Below, one piece after another: positions 7,885 through 17,017 of a DNA stretch of 37,305 bases (position 1 is its first letter; every line of letters begins with the position of its first letter). Below the pieces are notes generated by a model that saw only the letters and a program-made list of their open reading frames with translations, was not told the DNA's origin and did no database searches. The DNA is from a virus, in IMG/VR virus record IMGVR_UViG_3300002061_000001. One strand, written 5' to 3'. The position numbers and the translations under genes were made by a program.

Positions 7885-9387
7885 ATGGCACTTGGCCTCA
7901 TGTTCAGACAGCTCGAAAACGACCCTCTCGCATTTAAGCGTGAGCTTGCGCGTCGAAACTTTCTCGATTATTTGCGCTATCAAGCGCCTGAGATGCTGAT
8001 TGGTTGGTGGGTCAAAGACGTTGCGGCAAAATTGCAACAGTTTTTCGAGGACTTTGTCGCGGGTGATCGCCCTATTCTTCTCATACAAGCGCCGCCTCAA
8101 CACGGTAAGTCGACCTTGATCGTTTTGTTTTTGTCATGGATAGCGGGCAAGCGCCCCGACCTGAGAAAGATTTACAGCTCATTCTCTAAGCGCCTTGGTA
8201 TTCGTGCTAACTTACAGCTTCAAAGAATATACACCTCAAAGACATATAAGCGCTTATTCAAGGGCACTCAGATCGGTAAATTTGGCGTGCTCACCGAGGG
8301 GCTTGAGAGAAACCGCGAGTGCGTACAATACAAGGGCGAGGCGGGCTATTTTAGAAATACGACCGTAGGCGGCTCGGTAACGGGTGAGAGCCTTGATATT
8401 GGCGTTATGGACGACCCGATCAAAGGGCGCGAGGAAGCCAACAGCACAACGAAACGTCAAAAGGTTTGGGATTGGTTCACCGACGACCTGCTCACGCGCT
8501 TCTCTGATTGCGGCGCATTGCTTGGTATTATGACACGTTGGCACGTTGACGACCCTTTCGGCCGCCTCGAGAAATTGTTTGAGGATAGCGACGACCTTGC
8601 TCAATTCGGCAAGATAACGGTTTATTCTCGACCTGCTATTGCGACCGAGACCGAAGAGCATAGAGACATAGGTGAGCCTCTATTCCCTGCTCTCAAGTCG
8701 CTTAGGTTCTTGTTATCCCGTAAAGCGTTGCTCACTCAATTATCTTGGGAGTCTCTCTATCAGCAACGGCCGTTCATTAAGGGCGGGGGTATGTTCGCCA
8801 TTGAGCACTTTAAGATCGTTGAGCGCGTGCCTGAGCTCAAAGGTCGCCCTGTCAGGTCTTGGGATAAAGCGGCAACCGAGGACGGGGGCGCATATACAGC
8901 GGGGGTCAAGATGGCCGAGACGAAAGACGGGCAATTCATTATTCTTGACGTGGTTAGAAAACAGCTATCGCCATTGCGCCGAGAGAAAGTTATGCGCCTT
9001 ACGGCCGAGCTCGATACAAAGCGCACGTCGATCATTATCGAGAAAGAGGGGGGCTCAGGTGGTAAAGAGTCGGCTGATAACTCAATCAGAAACCTCGCGG
9101 GCTTTGTTGTCGAGGCCAAGACAGCGACAGGGTCGAAAGAAGATAGAGCCGAGCCCTATGCGGCTCAAGTTGAGGGTGGTAACGTTCTCGTGCTTGAGGG
9201 CGATTGGAACAAAGATTTTATCGACGAGCACGAATTATTCCCGAACTCAAAATACAAAGATCAGGTCGATGCGGCGGCGGGTGCATTTAATAAAATCACG
9301 TCCTCGCCCGTTCTTGGTTTTACTGAGCGGCAAAAAAAGGATATAAAGAGTAAGTCACAGAAAAAGAGGCAAGAGCTAAGATGGTAA
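7885..9387 (+). CDS. terL: Terminase large subunit (ATPase plus RNase-H-like nuclease).
   Basis: Walker A LLIQAPPQHGKSTLIV, Walker B SLDIGVMDDP, coupling motif IMTRWHVDD. Nuclease acidic motifs SWDKA and KDQVDAAAGAFN. Confidence 0.9.
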   Translation: MALGLMFRQLENDPLAFKRELARRNFLDYLRYQAPEMLIGWWVKDVAAKLQQFFEDFVAGDRPILLIQAPPQHGKSTLIVLFLSWIAGKRPDLRKIYSSFSKRLGIRANLQLQRIYTSKTYKRLFKGTQIGKFGVLTEGLERNRECVQYKGEAGYFRNTTVGGSVTGESLDIGVMDDPIKGREEANSTTKRQKVWDWFTDDLLTRFSDCGALLGIMTRWHVDDPFGRLEKLFEDSDDLAQFGKITVYSRPAIATETEEHRDIGEPLFPALKSLRFLLSRKALLTQLSWESLYQQRPFIKGGGMFAIEHFKIVERVPELKGRPVRSWDKAATEDGGAYTAGVKMAETKDGQFIILDVVRKQLSPLRREKVMRLTAELDTKRTSIIIEKEGGSGGKESADNSIRNLAGFVVEAKTATGSKEDRAEPYAAQVEGGNVLVLEGDWNKDFIDEHELFPNSKYKDQVDAAAGAFNKITSSPVLGFTERQKKDIKSKSQKKRQELRW

Positions 9388-12020
9388 GTGTATCAAAGAT
9401 TTTAAAGCGGCTCATGCCGACAACCGTTATCGAGAAAAGAGTGCCAATGAGCTCAAAACAAAAGGGCTCGTCTGGTACTGAGATTTATGCGGGGTATTAC
9501 GCCGAAGAATATATTGCAATGATTCGCGGCTTGCGCGGGGCTCGACTTTACGACGAAATGCGACGTAGTGATTCGCAAGTGGCTATGCTTTTGTCGGTCG
9601 TTAAAAACCCGATCAAATCTGCCAAGTGGGATATTGAGCCCGCCGACGATAGTGACGAGGCTCGTGATGTGGCCGACTTTATCAAGCACGTATTGTTTAA
9701 AGATATTCGCAACCCCAAGACAGGCAAGCGCAAAGCGTTCTCAGATTTTATCGAGGAGTCATTGACCTGTATCGAGTTTGGTTATTCTGTCTTTGAGGTG
9801 GTGCATAGAATGGTGCGCGGCCATGACGAATACGGCGATTATATCGGCCTGAGAGATTTAGGCTTTAGATCACAAAAGACGATTGAGCAATGGGGTCTTA
9901 AATCCGACGGCGCTCTCGACTTTGTGAGACAGCGTGCGAACGGCGATACGGCTGTCGAGGCTATTATGGCGGGCGAGAATGTTCTTGTGTTCAGCTTGAA
10001 CAAAGAGGGCGATAACTATGAGGGCGTGAGCATGATTCGCCCCTGCTATGGCAACTGGCTCAGAAAGAACGCATACCTCAAGTCTATGGCTATTGGTATC
10101 GAAAAGACGGCGCTCGGCGTGCCTGTTGCAATCATGTCAAAAGAATTTCTTGCGAGTGATGATTATGAAGATCAATTCGGCGAGCTTGAGGAACTCATGT
10201 CTCAGTTTGTTGCGCATGAGAACAGCTATTTGATTTTGCCCGCAGGTGTTGAGCTCGGCGATTACAATATCTCGTTTGATGCTGAGAAAGTACAAAAGGC
10301 CATCGACAAAGAAGATGTTAAAATGACAAAGCGTTTTCTTGCTAACTTTCTCGAGCTCGGTATGGGTGCGGGCGGCTCAGGCGGTTCATACTCTCTCGGC
10401 TCAGACCTTTCGGACGTGTTCTTAAGCGGTATCACATACATAGCCGACGACCTTTGTGAAAAGGTGAATATGCACGTCATTGAAAAGATTATCGATGCGA
10501 AGTACGGCAAAGCCAAAGACTACCCTAAGCTCGTATGTCGCGGTATTAACGACAAGGCAGGCAAAGAGCTCTCTGAGATTTTGAGCACGCTGATCGATAA
10601 GGGTGTCGTTAAAGCCTCTGATCGCTTGGTCGACTTTGTGCATGACAGGTACGGCCTACCACCCGCCGACCATGAGGCGAGTGAGGACGAGGACAAGGAC
10701 GAAAAGCCCGACCCTGAGCCTGAGCCTAAAAAAGACCCTGAGCCCGACCCTGTCGAGGATAATGACGACGAGGACGATATAGAGCCGCCTGAGAGCCCTG
10801 AGCTTGACGAGACCGCTGATCGTGCAACTGTTGATCTTGAGGCGCTCACCGAGGCCGCAATGCTGTCTTGTGTGACACGCTTTAAGCCAAAGGGAACGGG
10901 CACGCTTATCGAGGCGGCACAAAAGCAAGCTCTTTTCAATAATGTAACAAAAATAACACAATTATCGGAAAATCTCTTGCACGCGAAGCCGATCTCTCGC
11001 GCTGATCTGGTCACGCTATCGAACATGAGTATGCTTGATGATCGCTATAAGCCTGAGATCAAAGACGATAAAGGGCAAAACGACGAGCCTACATTGCGTT
11101 ATGCCATGCACGGCGGCGCGGTTGCTGTTAAGGCGGCCGAGATGGCTCTTGCTCGTGTAGACGCTCACGTCGATAACGCTATTCTCTCAGACCCTAAGAT
11201 CGCCAAGGTTCGCGCTAGTGTCTTTATTGACCGTGAAGCGAGAGACCTTGAGCAACGCATGAAAGAGAGATTGCTCGACCGTAGTGACGATATGCTCGCC
11301 AAGATTGATCGTATATTGCGCTCAGACGAAAGCGAGAACGTCAAGAGCTCAAAGGTTCTCAAGGTGACATTGCCCCGCGCTAAGCAGTATCGAGACTTTT
11401 TATCTGATACGATGGGAAGCGTTGGCCAAAGAACACAAGCGGCAACATTGCAAGAGGTTGGCAAGGCCGATATGAAGCTCGACGAGGCTGACTTTAAGGG
11501 CTTACCTAAGAAATCACGCGACCGCATTAAGAAAGAGATCGGGCTCGTTGCTCACTATCAAGACGCTGACTTTGAGAAGATGGTTTATTTTGCTGTCAAT
11601 GACGAGCTCTCGAAACAAACGCCTGTCGCTAAGATTATCGATGTGATCAAAAAGAGCCGAGGTCGCTATATCGCGGGCGGTGTTATTTTTACGGCCGCAA
11701 CAAACCTTATGTCGAAAGTGGTCAACGGGGTGCGCAACGATGTGTTTCAAGTGCCCGAGGTTATGAATGATATTGAGAGCTTTATTTTAGTCAATCACGA
11801 CCCGAAGAGCGCAATATGCAAAAACCTAGTCGGGCGCGTGTTCTCGAAAGAAGAGTACGAATCAAGCGAGTATTTGCCGCCATTGCATCACAATTGTAAG
11901 ACCGTTATCGCGGCTCAGACAGCGGGGGCAAAAGGCAATAAACCGATTGACCCTAAAGGGCTTATGCCGAGCGGTACAGATGAAGAGCTCGACAAGATAT
12001 TGAAGAGCAAGACGCTATGA
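9381..12020 (+). CDS. Portal protein (Mu gp29/DUF935-like N-terminal region) fused to a MuF/SPP1-gp7-like minor head domain through an acidic Pro/Glu linker.
   Basis: N-terminal YDEMRRSDSQVAMLLSVVKNPIKSAKWDIEP, linker at 10668-10812, C-terminal LPPLHHNCKTVIAAQ (MuF-type H.NC motif). 879 aa, directly after terL. Confidence 0.75.
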   Translation: MVSVSKILKRLMPTTVIEKRVPMSSKQKGSSGTEIYAGYYAEEYIAMIRGLRGARLYDEMRRSDSQVAMLLSVVKNPIKSAKWDIEPADDSDEARDVADFIKHVLFKDIRNPKTGKRKAFSDFIEESLTCIEFGYSVFEVVHRMVRGHDEYGDYIGLRDLGFRSQKTIEQWGLKSDGALDFVRQRANGDTAVEAIMAGENVLVFSLNKEGDNYEGVSMIRPCYGNWLRKNAYLKSMAIGIEKTALGVPVAIMSKEFLASDDYEDQFGELEELMSQFVAHENSYLILPAGVELGDYNISFDAEKVQKAIDKEDVKMTKRFLANFLELGMGAGGSGGSYSLGSDLSDVFLSGITYIADDLCEKVNMHVIEKIIDAKYGKAKDYPKLVCRGINDKAGKELSEILSTLIDKGVVKASDRLVDFVHDRYGLPPADHEASEDEDKDEKPDPEPEPKKDPEPDPVEDNDDEDDIEPPESPELDETADRATVDLEALTEAAMLSCVTRFKPKGTGTLIEAAQKQALFNNVTKITQLSENLLHAKPISRADLVTLSNMSMLDDRYKPEIKDDKGQNDEPTLRYAMHGGAVAVKAAEMALARVDAHVDNAILSDPKIAKVRASVFIDREARDLEQRMKERLLDRSDDMLAKIDRILRSDESENVKSSKVLKVTLPRAKQYRDFLSDTMGSVGQRTQAATLQEVGKADMKLDEADFKGLPKKSRDRIKKEIGLVAHYQDADFEKMVYFAVNDELSKQTPVAKIIDVIKKSRGRYIAGGVIFTAATNLMSKVVNGVRNDVFQVPEVMNDIESFILVNHDPKSAICKNLVGRVFSKEEYESSEYLPPLHHNCKTVIAAQTAGAKGNKPIDPKGLMPSGTDEELDKILKSKTL

Positions 12021-12184
12021 CCAAAATGAACAAGGGTTTACGTTGTCGCAGGTGCGGGGGTACAATGATCGGAATAATGTGCTATAGTGTGAGAAACTTT
12101 TGCAAGAAATGCGGCGGCCAGTCGAAAGCGTGTAGCCGAATCGCTAAGGCAAAATTACAAAGGAAAACAGAACGATGTTTATGA
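12017..12184 (+). CDS. Small zinc-ribbon protein (55 aa, below the ORF-track cutoff).
   Basis: ATG 12017 overlaps the portal TGA (ATGA). CRRC...15 aa...CKKC. The end overlaps the next gene by 10 nt. Confidence 0.45.
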   Translation: MTKMNKGLRCRRCGGTMIGIMCYSVRNFCKKCGGQSKACSRIAKAKLQRKTERCL

Positions 12185-13182
12185 AATTACATGAGATCAG
12201 GCTCGACGAATCGACCAATCTGAGCAAGACGCAAATTTTTAAGCAAGGCTCGTTTGATCATGTCATGTATGGCCGTATGGATTTTGACGACACTGTATTC
12301 GCTGAGTTTATAAAGAACTTTAACGACAATACACGCGGCATCGAAATTCAGGCCAATTACTCACATGAGAGTTGGAAAGAGGCGGCGGGTTGGCTTAAGA
12401 CGATCACTCAAGAGGGTGAGAAGCTATACGCTGAGATCGAGTGGACTGAGAAGGCCGCTAAGAAAATTCGCGATAAAGAATTTAAATATATTTCGCCTGA
12501 ATTTGACTTGAATTGGAAAGACCCCGAGACAAGCAAAGAGTACGGCGCTGTTATCTCAGGCGTGGCTTTAACAAATATCCCTTTTTTAAAGGGCATGGAT
12601 AAGGTATTATCCGAATTAAACATTGACGACCCTGATTTTGAAAAACTCAAAAAACTTTATGAAAAGGACGAGAAAACCATGAACTTACAAGATATACAAA
12701 ACGCGGTTCAAAAATTGAGCGAAGGCGACAAAGAGACATTGCTCAAAGGGCTAGGCGTAAAAACAGACGACGCGGCTGTAAAGGCACTATCTGAAAAGGT
12801 AGCTGATCTCGAGAAAACAGTTAAAACGAAAGACAATGAGATTAAATTCTCTGAGATGTTGCAAGACGGCAAGGTTGTCCCTGCTCAAAAGCAAGCGTTT
12901 CTTGATGGCGATATGGCAAAATTTGCCGATCTTCACGTGTCAATCAATCTTGACGAGCAAGGCTCAGGCGAAAACCCGAGCGAGGACGACGTTGAGAACG
13001 AAGAAAAGGACGACGAGGACAAAGCGCCCGAGGAAGTCGACGCGAAAGACCGAGACGAAGCTGAGACAAAACTGTCTGAGATTGCTAAGTCTTACCAAGC
13101 TGAGCACAAGTGCGAATATAGCGAGGCGTTACGTGTCTCATTGTTAAAGCACCCTAAGCTCGCGGCAAAGTATAACGGCTAA
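12175..13182 (+). CDS. Head maturation protease/scaffold protein (Mu I-like N-terminal domain, acidic coiled-coil C-terminal half).
   Basis: ISPEFDLNWKDPETSKEYGAVISGVALTNIPFLKGM resembles the Mu-like prophage I family. Position between portal and capsid. Candidate internal in-frame start at 12679. Confidence 0.7.
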   Translation: MFMKLHEIRLDESTNLSKTQIFKQGSFDHVMYGRMDFDDTVFAEFIKNFNDNTRGIEIQANYSHESWKEAAGWLKTITQEGEKLYAEIEWTEKAAKKIRDKEFKYISPEFDLNWKDPETSKEYGAVISGVALTNIPFLKGMDKVLSELNIDDPDFEKLKKLYEKDEKTMNLQDIQNAVQKLSEGDKETLLKGLGVKTDDAAVKALSEKVADLEKTVKTKDNEIKFSEMLQDGKVVPAQKQAFLDGDMAKFADLHVSINLDEQGSGENPSEDDVENEEKDDEDKAPEEVDAKDRDEAETKLSEIAKSYQAEHKCEYSEALRVSLLKHPKLAAKYNG

Positions 13183-13240
13183 AAGCGGCGACGCTCAGGC
13201 TATTTGATTTTTAACATTTAAGCATAAAGGACTTAAGAAA

Positions 13241-13621
13241 ATGTCAGCACATATGAAACCACAATTTTTACCACCAATGCTCTTGGCGGGCGAGGCTCTT
13301 GTTCAAGGTCAAGCTGTTAAAGTCAGCTCAGGCGAAATCGTCGCTTGTGATGATGGCGCGAGCTCAGTTGGTGACCGTGCAATCGGTATCTGTCAAGATG
13401 ACACGGCCGTCGGCCAACCTGTATCAATCGCAATCGCGGGCGGCGGTTCACCTGCTATCGCGGGCGGCACAATCACAGCGGGCGACAGCCTTAAGACGGA
13501 CGCAAACGGCCACTTTGTAGTGACCACAACAGCGGACGACATTGTGACGGCGATCGCTCATGAGGACGCTGTCGACGGCGACGTGTTCGCGGTACTACCT
13601 ACTCACCCGACGAAATACTAA
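13241..13621 (+). CDS. DUF2190-like head decoration/cement protein.
   Basis: 126 aa, Gly/Ala-rich beta-type sequence (GQAVKVSSGEIVACDDG...AIGICQDD...PVSIAIAGG). Lies immediately upstream of the capsid gene. Strong RBS aaaggac. Confidence 0.6.
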   Translation: MSAHMKPQFLPPMLLAGEALVQGQAVKVSSGEIVACDDGASSVGDRAIGICQDDTAVGQPVSIAIAGGGSPAIAGGTITAGDSLKTDANGHFVVTTTADDIVTAIAHEDAVDGDVFAVLPTHPTKY

Positions 13622-13676
13622 TCGTTCGGGCGAATAGGGCATAATAATTTTAATATAGAAAAAAGGACGAAAGAAA

Positions 13677-14627
13677 ATGCCACAAGAAAATGCAATTGTT
13701 GATAAGCTCTTGACCGATGCGTCACAAGCTATCATTAACGAAAACATGATCGCCACTCAGATTTTAACCCCTGCACCTGTAATGCAGACAACGGGTAAGA
13801 TCGGTAAACTTGGTAATGGTCACTTGCGCTTGCTGTCAAATATTCAGCACTCAGGTAAGGGCTCTTATCCAATGATCGAAACTATCACTCGTGATAGCGA
13901 TACATACGATATTGAGATGCGCGGCTTGCAAGACAAGATTTTGCGTCAAGAATATCGCAATGTTGAGCAACCGTTTGACGTTGAGCTTGAGACGGCTCTT
14001 GGTCTATTCAGCTTGCTAGAGATCGCCGAAGAGAAATCTTTAAGCGATGCTCTCGGTGACACGTCGATCATTACGCAAAACGTGACGCTCTCAGGTAACT
14101 CTCAGTATAACAACCTTGAGAACGCGGCATCGACACCATTGCAAGACTCACGAACAGCTCACGCGACTATCAGATCAAAGATCGGCCGTAAAGCTAATAT
14201 CGCGATCATGTCTGGTAACGTGTTCGATAGCTTGCTTTATCACAACGGTATTCTTGATAAGTTGGGTTTCCGCTCTAACCGTGCGGGCTCACTTTCTAAA
14301 GAAGAGCTTGCTCGTGCCCTTGATGTTGAAGAGGTTCTTGTTGGTGACGGCGTTTATAACGCGGCCAAGAAAGGTCAAAGCGACGACATTAAATCAATCT
14401 GGGCGAATAACCTGATCTTTGCTCACCGTGCGAAATCAAAAGCCAAGTATCAAAAGACTCTCGGTTACCGAGTGACATTGATCGGCGACGAAAAGCGCGT
14501 TGTTCAAAAGTGGGCTGAAAATACGCCTCGTGGTTCTGTTGGTATCTCAGCAGACGACAGCTATGACAACCTATTGACCGATGTGACTTGTGCATATCTG
14601 ATCAAAAACGCTGTAGCAGACCTCTAA
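13677..14627 (+). CDS. Major capsid protein (HK97 fold presumed).
   Basis: 316 aa, strong RBS aaaggac-8 nt-ATG, followed by a terminator. Synteny: protease/scaffold, decoration, capsid. Confidence 0.75.
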   Translation: MPQENAIVDKLLTDASQAIINENMIATQILTPAPVMQTTGKIGKLGNGHLRLLSNIQHSGKGSYPMIETITRDSDTYDIEMRGLQDKILRQEYRNVEQPFDVELETALGLFSLLEIAEEKSLSDALGDTSIITQNVTLSGNSQYNNLENAASTPLQDSRTAHATIRSKIGRKANIAIMSGNVFDSLLYHNGILDKLGFRSNRAGSLSKEELARALDVEEVLVGDGVYNAAKKGQSDDIKSIWANNLIFAHRAKSKAKYQKTLGYRVTLIGDEKRVVQKWAENTPRGSVGISADDSYDNLLTDVTCAYLIKNAVADL

Positions 14628-14652
14628 GAAAAGATTACACATATATATCAAA

Positions 14653-14681
14653 AGCCCTCGCTCAGTCGGGGGCTTTTTTTG
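14653..14681 (+). terminator. Rho-independent (probably leaky) terminator after the capsid gene.
   Basis: AGCCCTC...GGGGGCT stem followed by T7 (14674-14680). Confidence 0.7.
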
Positions 14682-14757
14682 TGATGATTGCGCCGAGGAC
14701 TATTTTATATTAAGCTAGGGGCTCAATTATTAACTCAAAGCAAAAGGACTTAAGCAA

Positions 14758-15360
14758 ATGCCTGAACAAACAGAAATTAACGCGACAGAGGCCGCTATTG
14801 AATTGGCCGCTCAAAACAATGTAGACCTATCTCAGATCACACCTGCCAACCCTCAAGGGCGTATCGGACAACCCGACGTTCAGAAATATATCGAGGCTCA
14901 GGCAAATAAGGACGCTGAGACACCTGAGACAAATGAGGGCTCAGATGATGCACCGAAAGACGGTGAGGGCACTCAGGGCGAAGATACGGCCGAAAAAGAA
15001 GCGGCGGCAAAGGCGGCCGAAGAGCAAGCCGAAGCCGATGCAAAAGCAAAATCCGATCAGGAAGCTCAGGAAGCGGCTGACAAAGAGGCGGCTGACCTAA
15101 AGGCGAAAGAGGACGAGGCGAAAGCTCAGGCCGATAAAGAAGCCGAAGAGCTCGCCGCAAAAGAAGCTCAAGAACTGGCTGATCAGGAAGCGGCAGAAAA
15201 AGCCGAAGAGGAAGCGGCAAAAGCTGTCGACGAATCACCTAAAGTCAAAAAAGGCACGGCTCTCTCTAACTTTAAGCATGACGGCGTGTACGTCGCTCAG
15301 GGCAAGCCTTACAAAGGCAAAGACGAGGCGGCTCTCAGAAAGCAAGGCTTGATTAAATAA
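14758..15360 (+). CDS. Head-module protein: N-terminal peripheral-subunit-binding (E3-binding)-like domain plus a long Ala/Glu/Lys-rich charged region.
   Basis: ATEAAIELAAQNNVDLSQITPANPQGRIGQPDVQKYIEA parallels the PSBD consensus A.klA.e.gvDLs.v.GtG..GRI...DV..y. About 110 aa of AEK-rich sequence follow. Confidence 0.6.
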   Translation: MPEQTEINATEAAIELAAQNNVDLSQITPANPQGRIGQPDVQKYIEAQANKDAETPETNEGSDDAPKDGEGTQGEDTAEKEAAAKAAEEQAEADAKAKSDQEAQEAADKEAADLKAKEDEAKAQADKEAEELAAKEAQELADQEAAEKAEEEAAKAVDESPKVKKGTALSNFKHDGVYVAQGKPYKGKDEAALRKQGLIK

Positions 15361-15812
15361 TGGCATATGCAACCGCAGACGACATAAAACGCGAGATCAA
15401 AGGGCTCACTCTATTACCGAGTGACTCTTTGGCCGAGGGTGACCTTACCGAATTTATCGACCAAGAGAGCGCTGTTATTGATCAGTATCTCGGGTCTCGG
15501 TACACGACACCAATCTCGGACACGACAGCCCTCAAGACGGTAAAGCGAATCTGTATTGATTTCGTGGTTTATCGCGTTGAGAAAATCCTCAAGACGACGA
15601 GCGCGGGTGAATTGCCTGACAACGCTATTCGTCAAGATGCGACGGCTGTCGGTGCGTTTAATAACTCTATGCGGTTGCTCAAGTCATTCTCGAGCGGTGA
15701 TGTTGCATTGCGCGGTGCGTCGAGGCTGTCGTCAACGACTAAGCGCATGGCTCACAGCCCGAAAAAGTCTACTGTCGAGCCTTTATTTAAGAGAGACGAA
15801 AAGCAATGGTAA
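15360..15812 (+). CDS. Head-tail connector/adaptor (Mu gp36/DUF1320- or gp6-like).
   Basis: Starts MAYATADDIK...IDQESAVIDQYLGSRYTTP, typical of head-tail adaptor families. TAATG coupling with the upstream gene. Confidence 0.6.
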   Translation: MAYATADDIKREIKGLTLLPSDSLAEGDLTEFIDQESAVIDQYLGSRYTTPISDTTALKTVKRICIDFVVYRVEKILKTTSAGELPDNAIRQDATAVGAFNNSMRLLKSFSSGDVALRGASRLSSTTKRMAHSPKKSTVEPLFKRDEKQW

Positions 15813-16048
15813 GAAATATAGCCTCATACACGAAAGCCGATTCGTCATACCCTGAGTTTATCTCTGTCAATCAAAAAGATGATCACACGGTCTCTATCAG
15901 CATAAGACCCACCGCAAAAGTCGATAGCGCGGGCGTGGTGCGCGAGAGCGAAATATCTGAGATCATCATGTCAAATAAAGATTACGCTATTCTCGCCTTA
16001 AATATGGTCGATCATGAGGTCGTAAAGAATGTTGATACAATCCTATAG
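15806..16048 (+). CDS. Hypothetical head/neck protein.
   Basis: 80-aa ORF overlapping both neighbours inside the morphogenesis operon. Confidence 0.55.
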   Translation: MVRNIASYTKADSSYPEFISVNQKDDHTVSISIRPTAKVDSAGVVRESEISEIIMSNKDYAILALNMVDHEVVKNVDTIL

Positions 16049-16529
16049 CGTCGAGAACGACGCAAAGTTTAAAGCTCAAATTGAAAACGCGATCAATCAG
16101 GTCGGCGACTTGCGATTCGCCTTTGGTGAGATCGGCCGTGATTGGTTCAAGTCAAACAAGGCGATCTTTAATCTAAAGGGCTCGGGTCAGTACCCCGATC
16201 TCAGCGAGCCATATGCGACGCGCAAGCAAAGAACACACCCGAACAAGCCTATCATGGTGCGGTCTGGCCGCATGAGAGACTCGATAACGGGGCGGCCGAA
16301 CAAAGACAGCGTGCTCAGGATTGGTAAATCTGCTATGGTTATGGGATCGAAAGTGCCGTACATGATATTTCACCAATCGGACGAGCCGCGTGAGGTTATC
16401 CCGTTGCGTAAGGTTTTGTTTTTAGGTGCGGAAGCCCCGAGATCAGCGCCGAGCGAGGTCACAGGGCGAACGGAAAGATTTTTGAAAATTATTGAGCTCG
16501 AGGTCGAGAGAAAGTTAAAATCATTATGA
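16029..16529 (+). CDS. Phage virion morphogenesis protein (Mu G-like tail-completion/neck protein).
   Basis: IMVRSGRMRDSITGRPNKDSVLRIGKSAMVMGSKVPYMIFHQSDE matches the family pattern iL..sG.L..Si...d..sv.iG...pYa.iHQ. Confidence 0.7.
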   Translation: MLIQSYSVENDAKFKAQIENAINQVGDLRFAFGEIGRDWFKSNKAIFNLKGSGQYPDLSEPYATRKQRTHPNKPIMVRSGRMRDSITGRPNKDSVLRIGKSAMVMGSKVPYMIFHQSDEPREVIPLRKVLFLGAEAPRSAPSEVTGRTERFLKIIELEVERKLKSL

Positions 16530-17017
16530 GCAAGTTTGGCGTTGAAGAGTTTTTTGATCAAGCGATCACCGTGCTAAAGGCGGGTTTTAATAGCAAGATT
16601 GACGAGATCAATGAAGAGAAGAGCGCCGAGGGCACTGAGCTCGAGCTCGAAAAGATCGTTGATGATTCGCAATATTTCGAGGACTTTTTAAGCAAGGTCG
16701 TATCGAAAGAATTTTTTGTTGTCCACCGCATACAGGGCTTAGAGCCTCTCGCAAGCGTCGGCTCGAAAACAGCGACCGAGGTTACTTTGATTTTCTTTGT
16801 GTGTTATATTGATCGTCAAGGCGGCATGAGAGACATTAAGAAAGGCTTGAGATATGGCCGCGCTATCACTGAAATATTTAAAGAAAAATATGATATGGAT
16901 AGCCGCGTCTCGAGCATTGCTTTAAAAAGTTACTACCCGACAAGCGGCCAATTTGACGGCTCTAGTCAGGTGTATAAAATTGCAGGGTGTGAATTGAAAG
17001 GAACGATAAACATATGA
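16526..17017 (+). CDS. Neck/tail terminator candidate (by position).
   Basis: 163 aa with ATGA overlaps at both ends. Lies between the morphogenesis protein and the major tail gene. Confidence 0.5.
   Translation: MSKFGVEEFFDQAITVLKAGFNSKIDEINEEKSAEGTELELEKIVDDSQYFEDFLSKVVSKEFFVVHRIQGLEPLASVGSKTATEVTLIFFVCYIDRQGGMRDIKKGLRYGRAITEIFKEKYDMDSRVSSIALKSYYPTSGQFDGSSQVYKIAGCELKGTINI

Noticed and set aside
8672-9346. 224-aa ORF in an alternative + frame inside the large terminase gene.
   Set aside because: The translation is Ser/Arg/Leu-rich low-information sequence typical of an off-frame read of a real gene. It has no RBS and lies entirely within a well-supported CDS. By rough estimate, an ORF of this length in a shadow frame is not improbable in a 37-kb genome.
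10520-11026. 168-aa and 101-aa minus-strand ORFs antisense to the portal linker region.
   Set aside because: They are the antisense image of the GAx/CCx-rich acidic linker, giving Ser/Gly/Leu repeats. No start context is present, and the whole region belongs to a + strand operon.
14837-15238. 133-aa minus-strand ORF, and apparent DNA repetitiveness, in the AEK-rich region.
   Set aside because: This is the shadow of GAA/GCx/AAA codon repeats (a Pro/Leu/Arg-rich product). The DNA is low-complexity at the codon level and I saw no exact tandem repeat unit.
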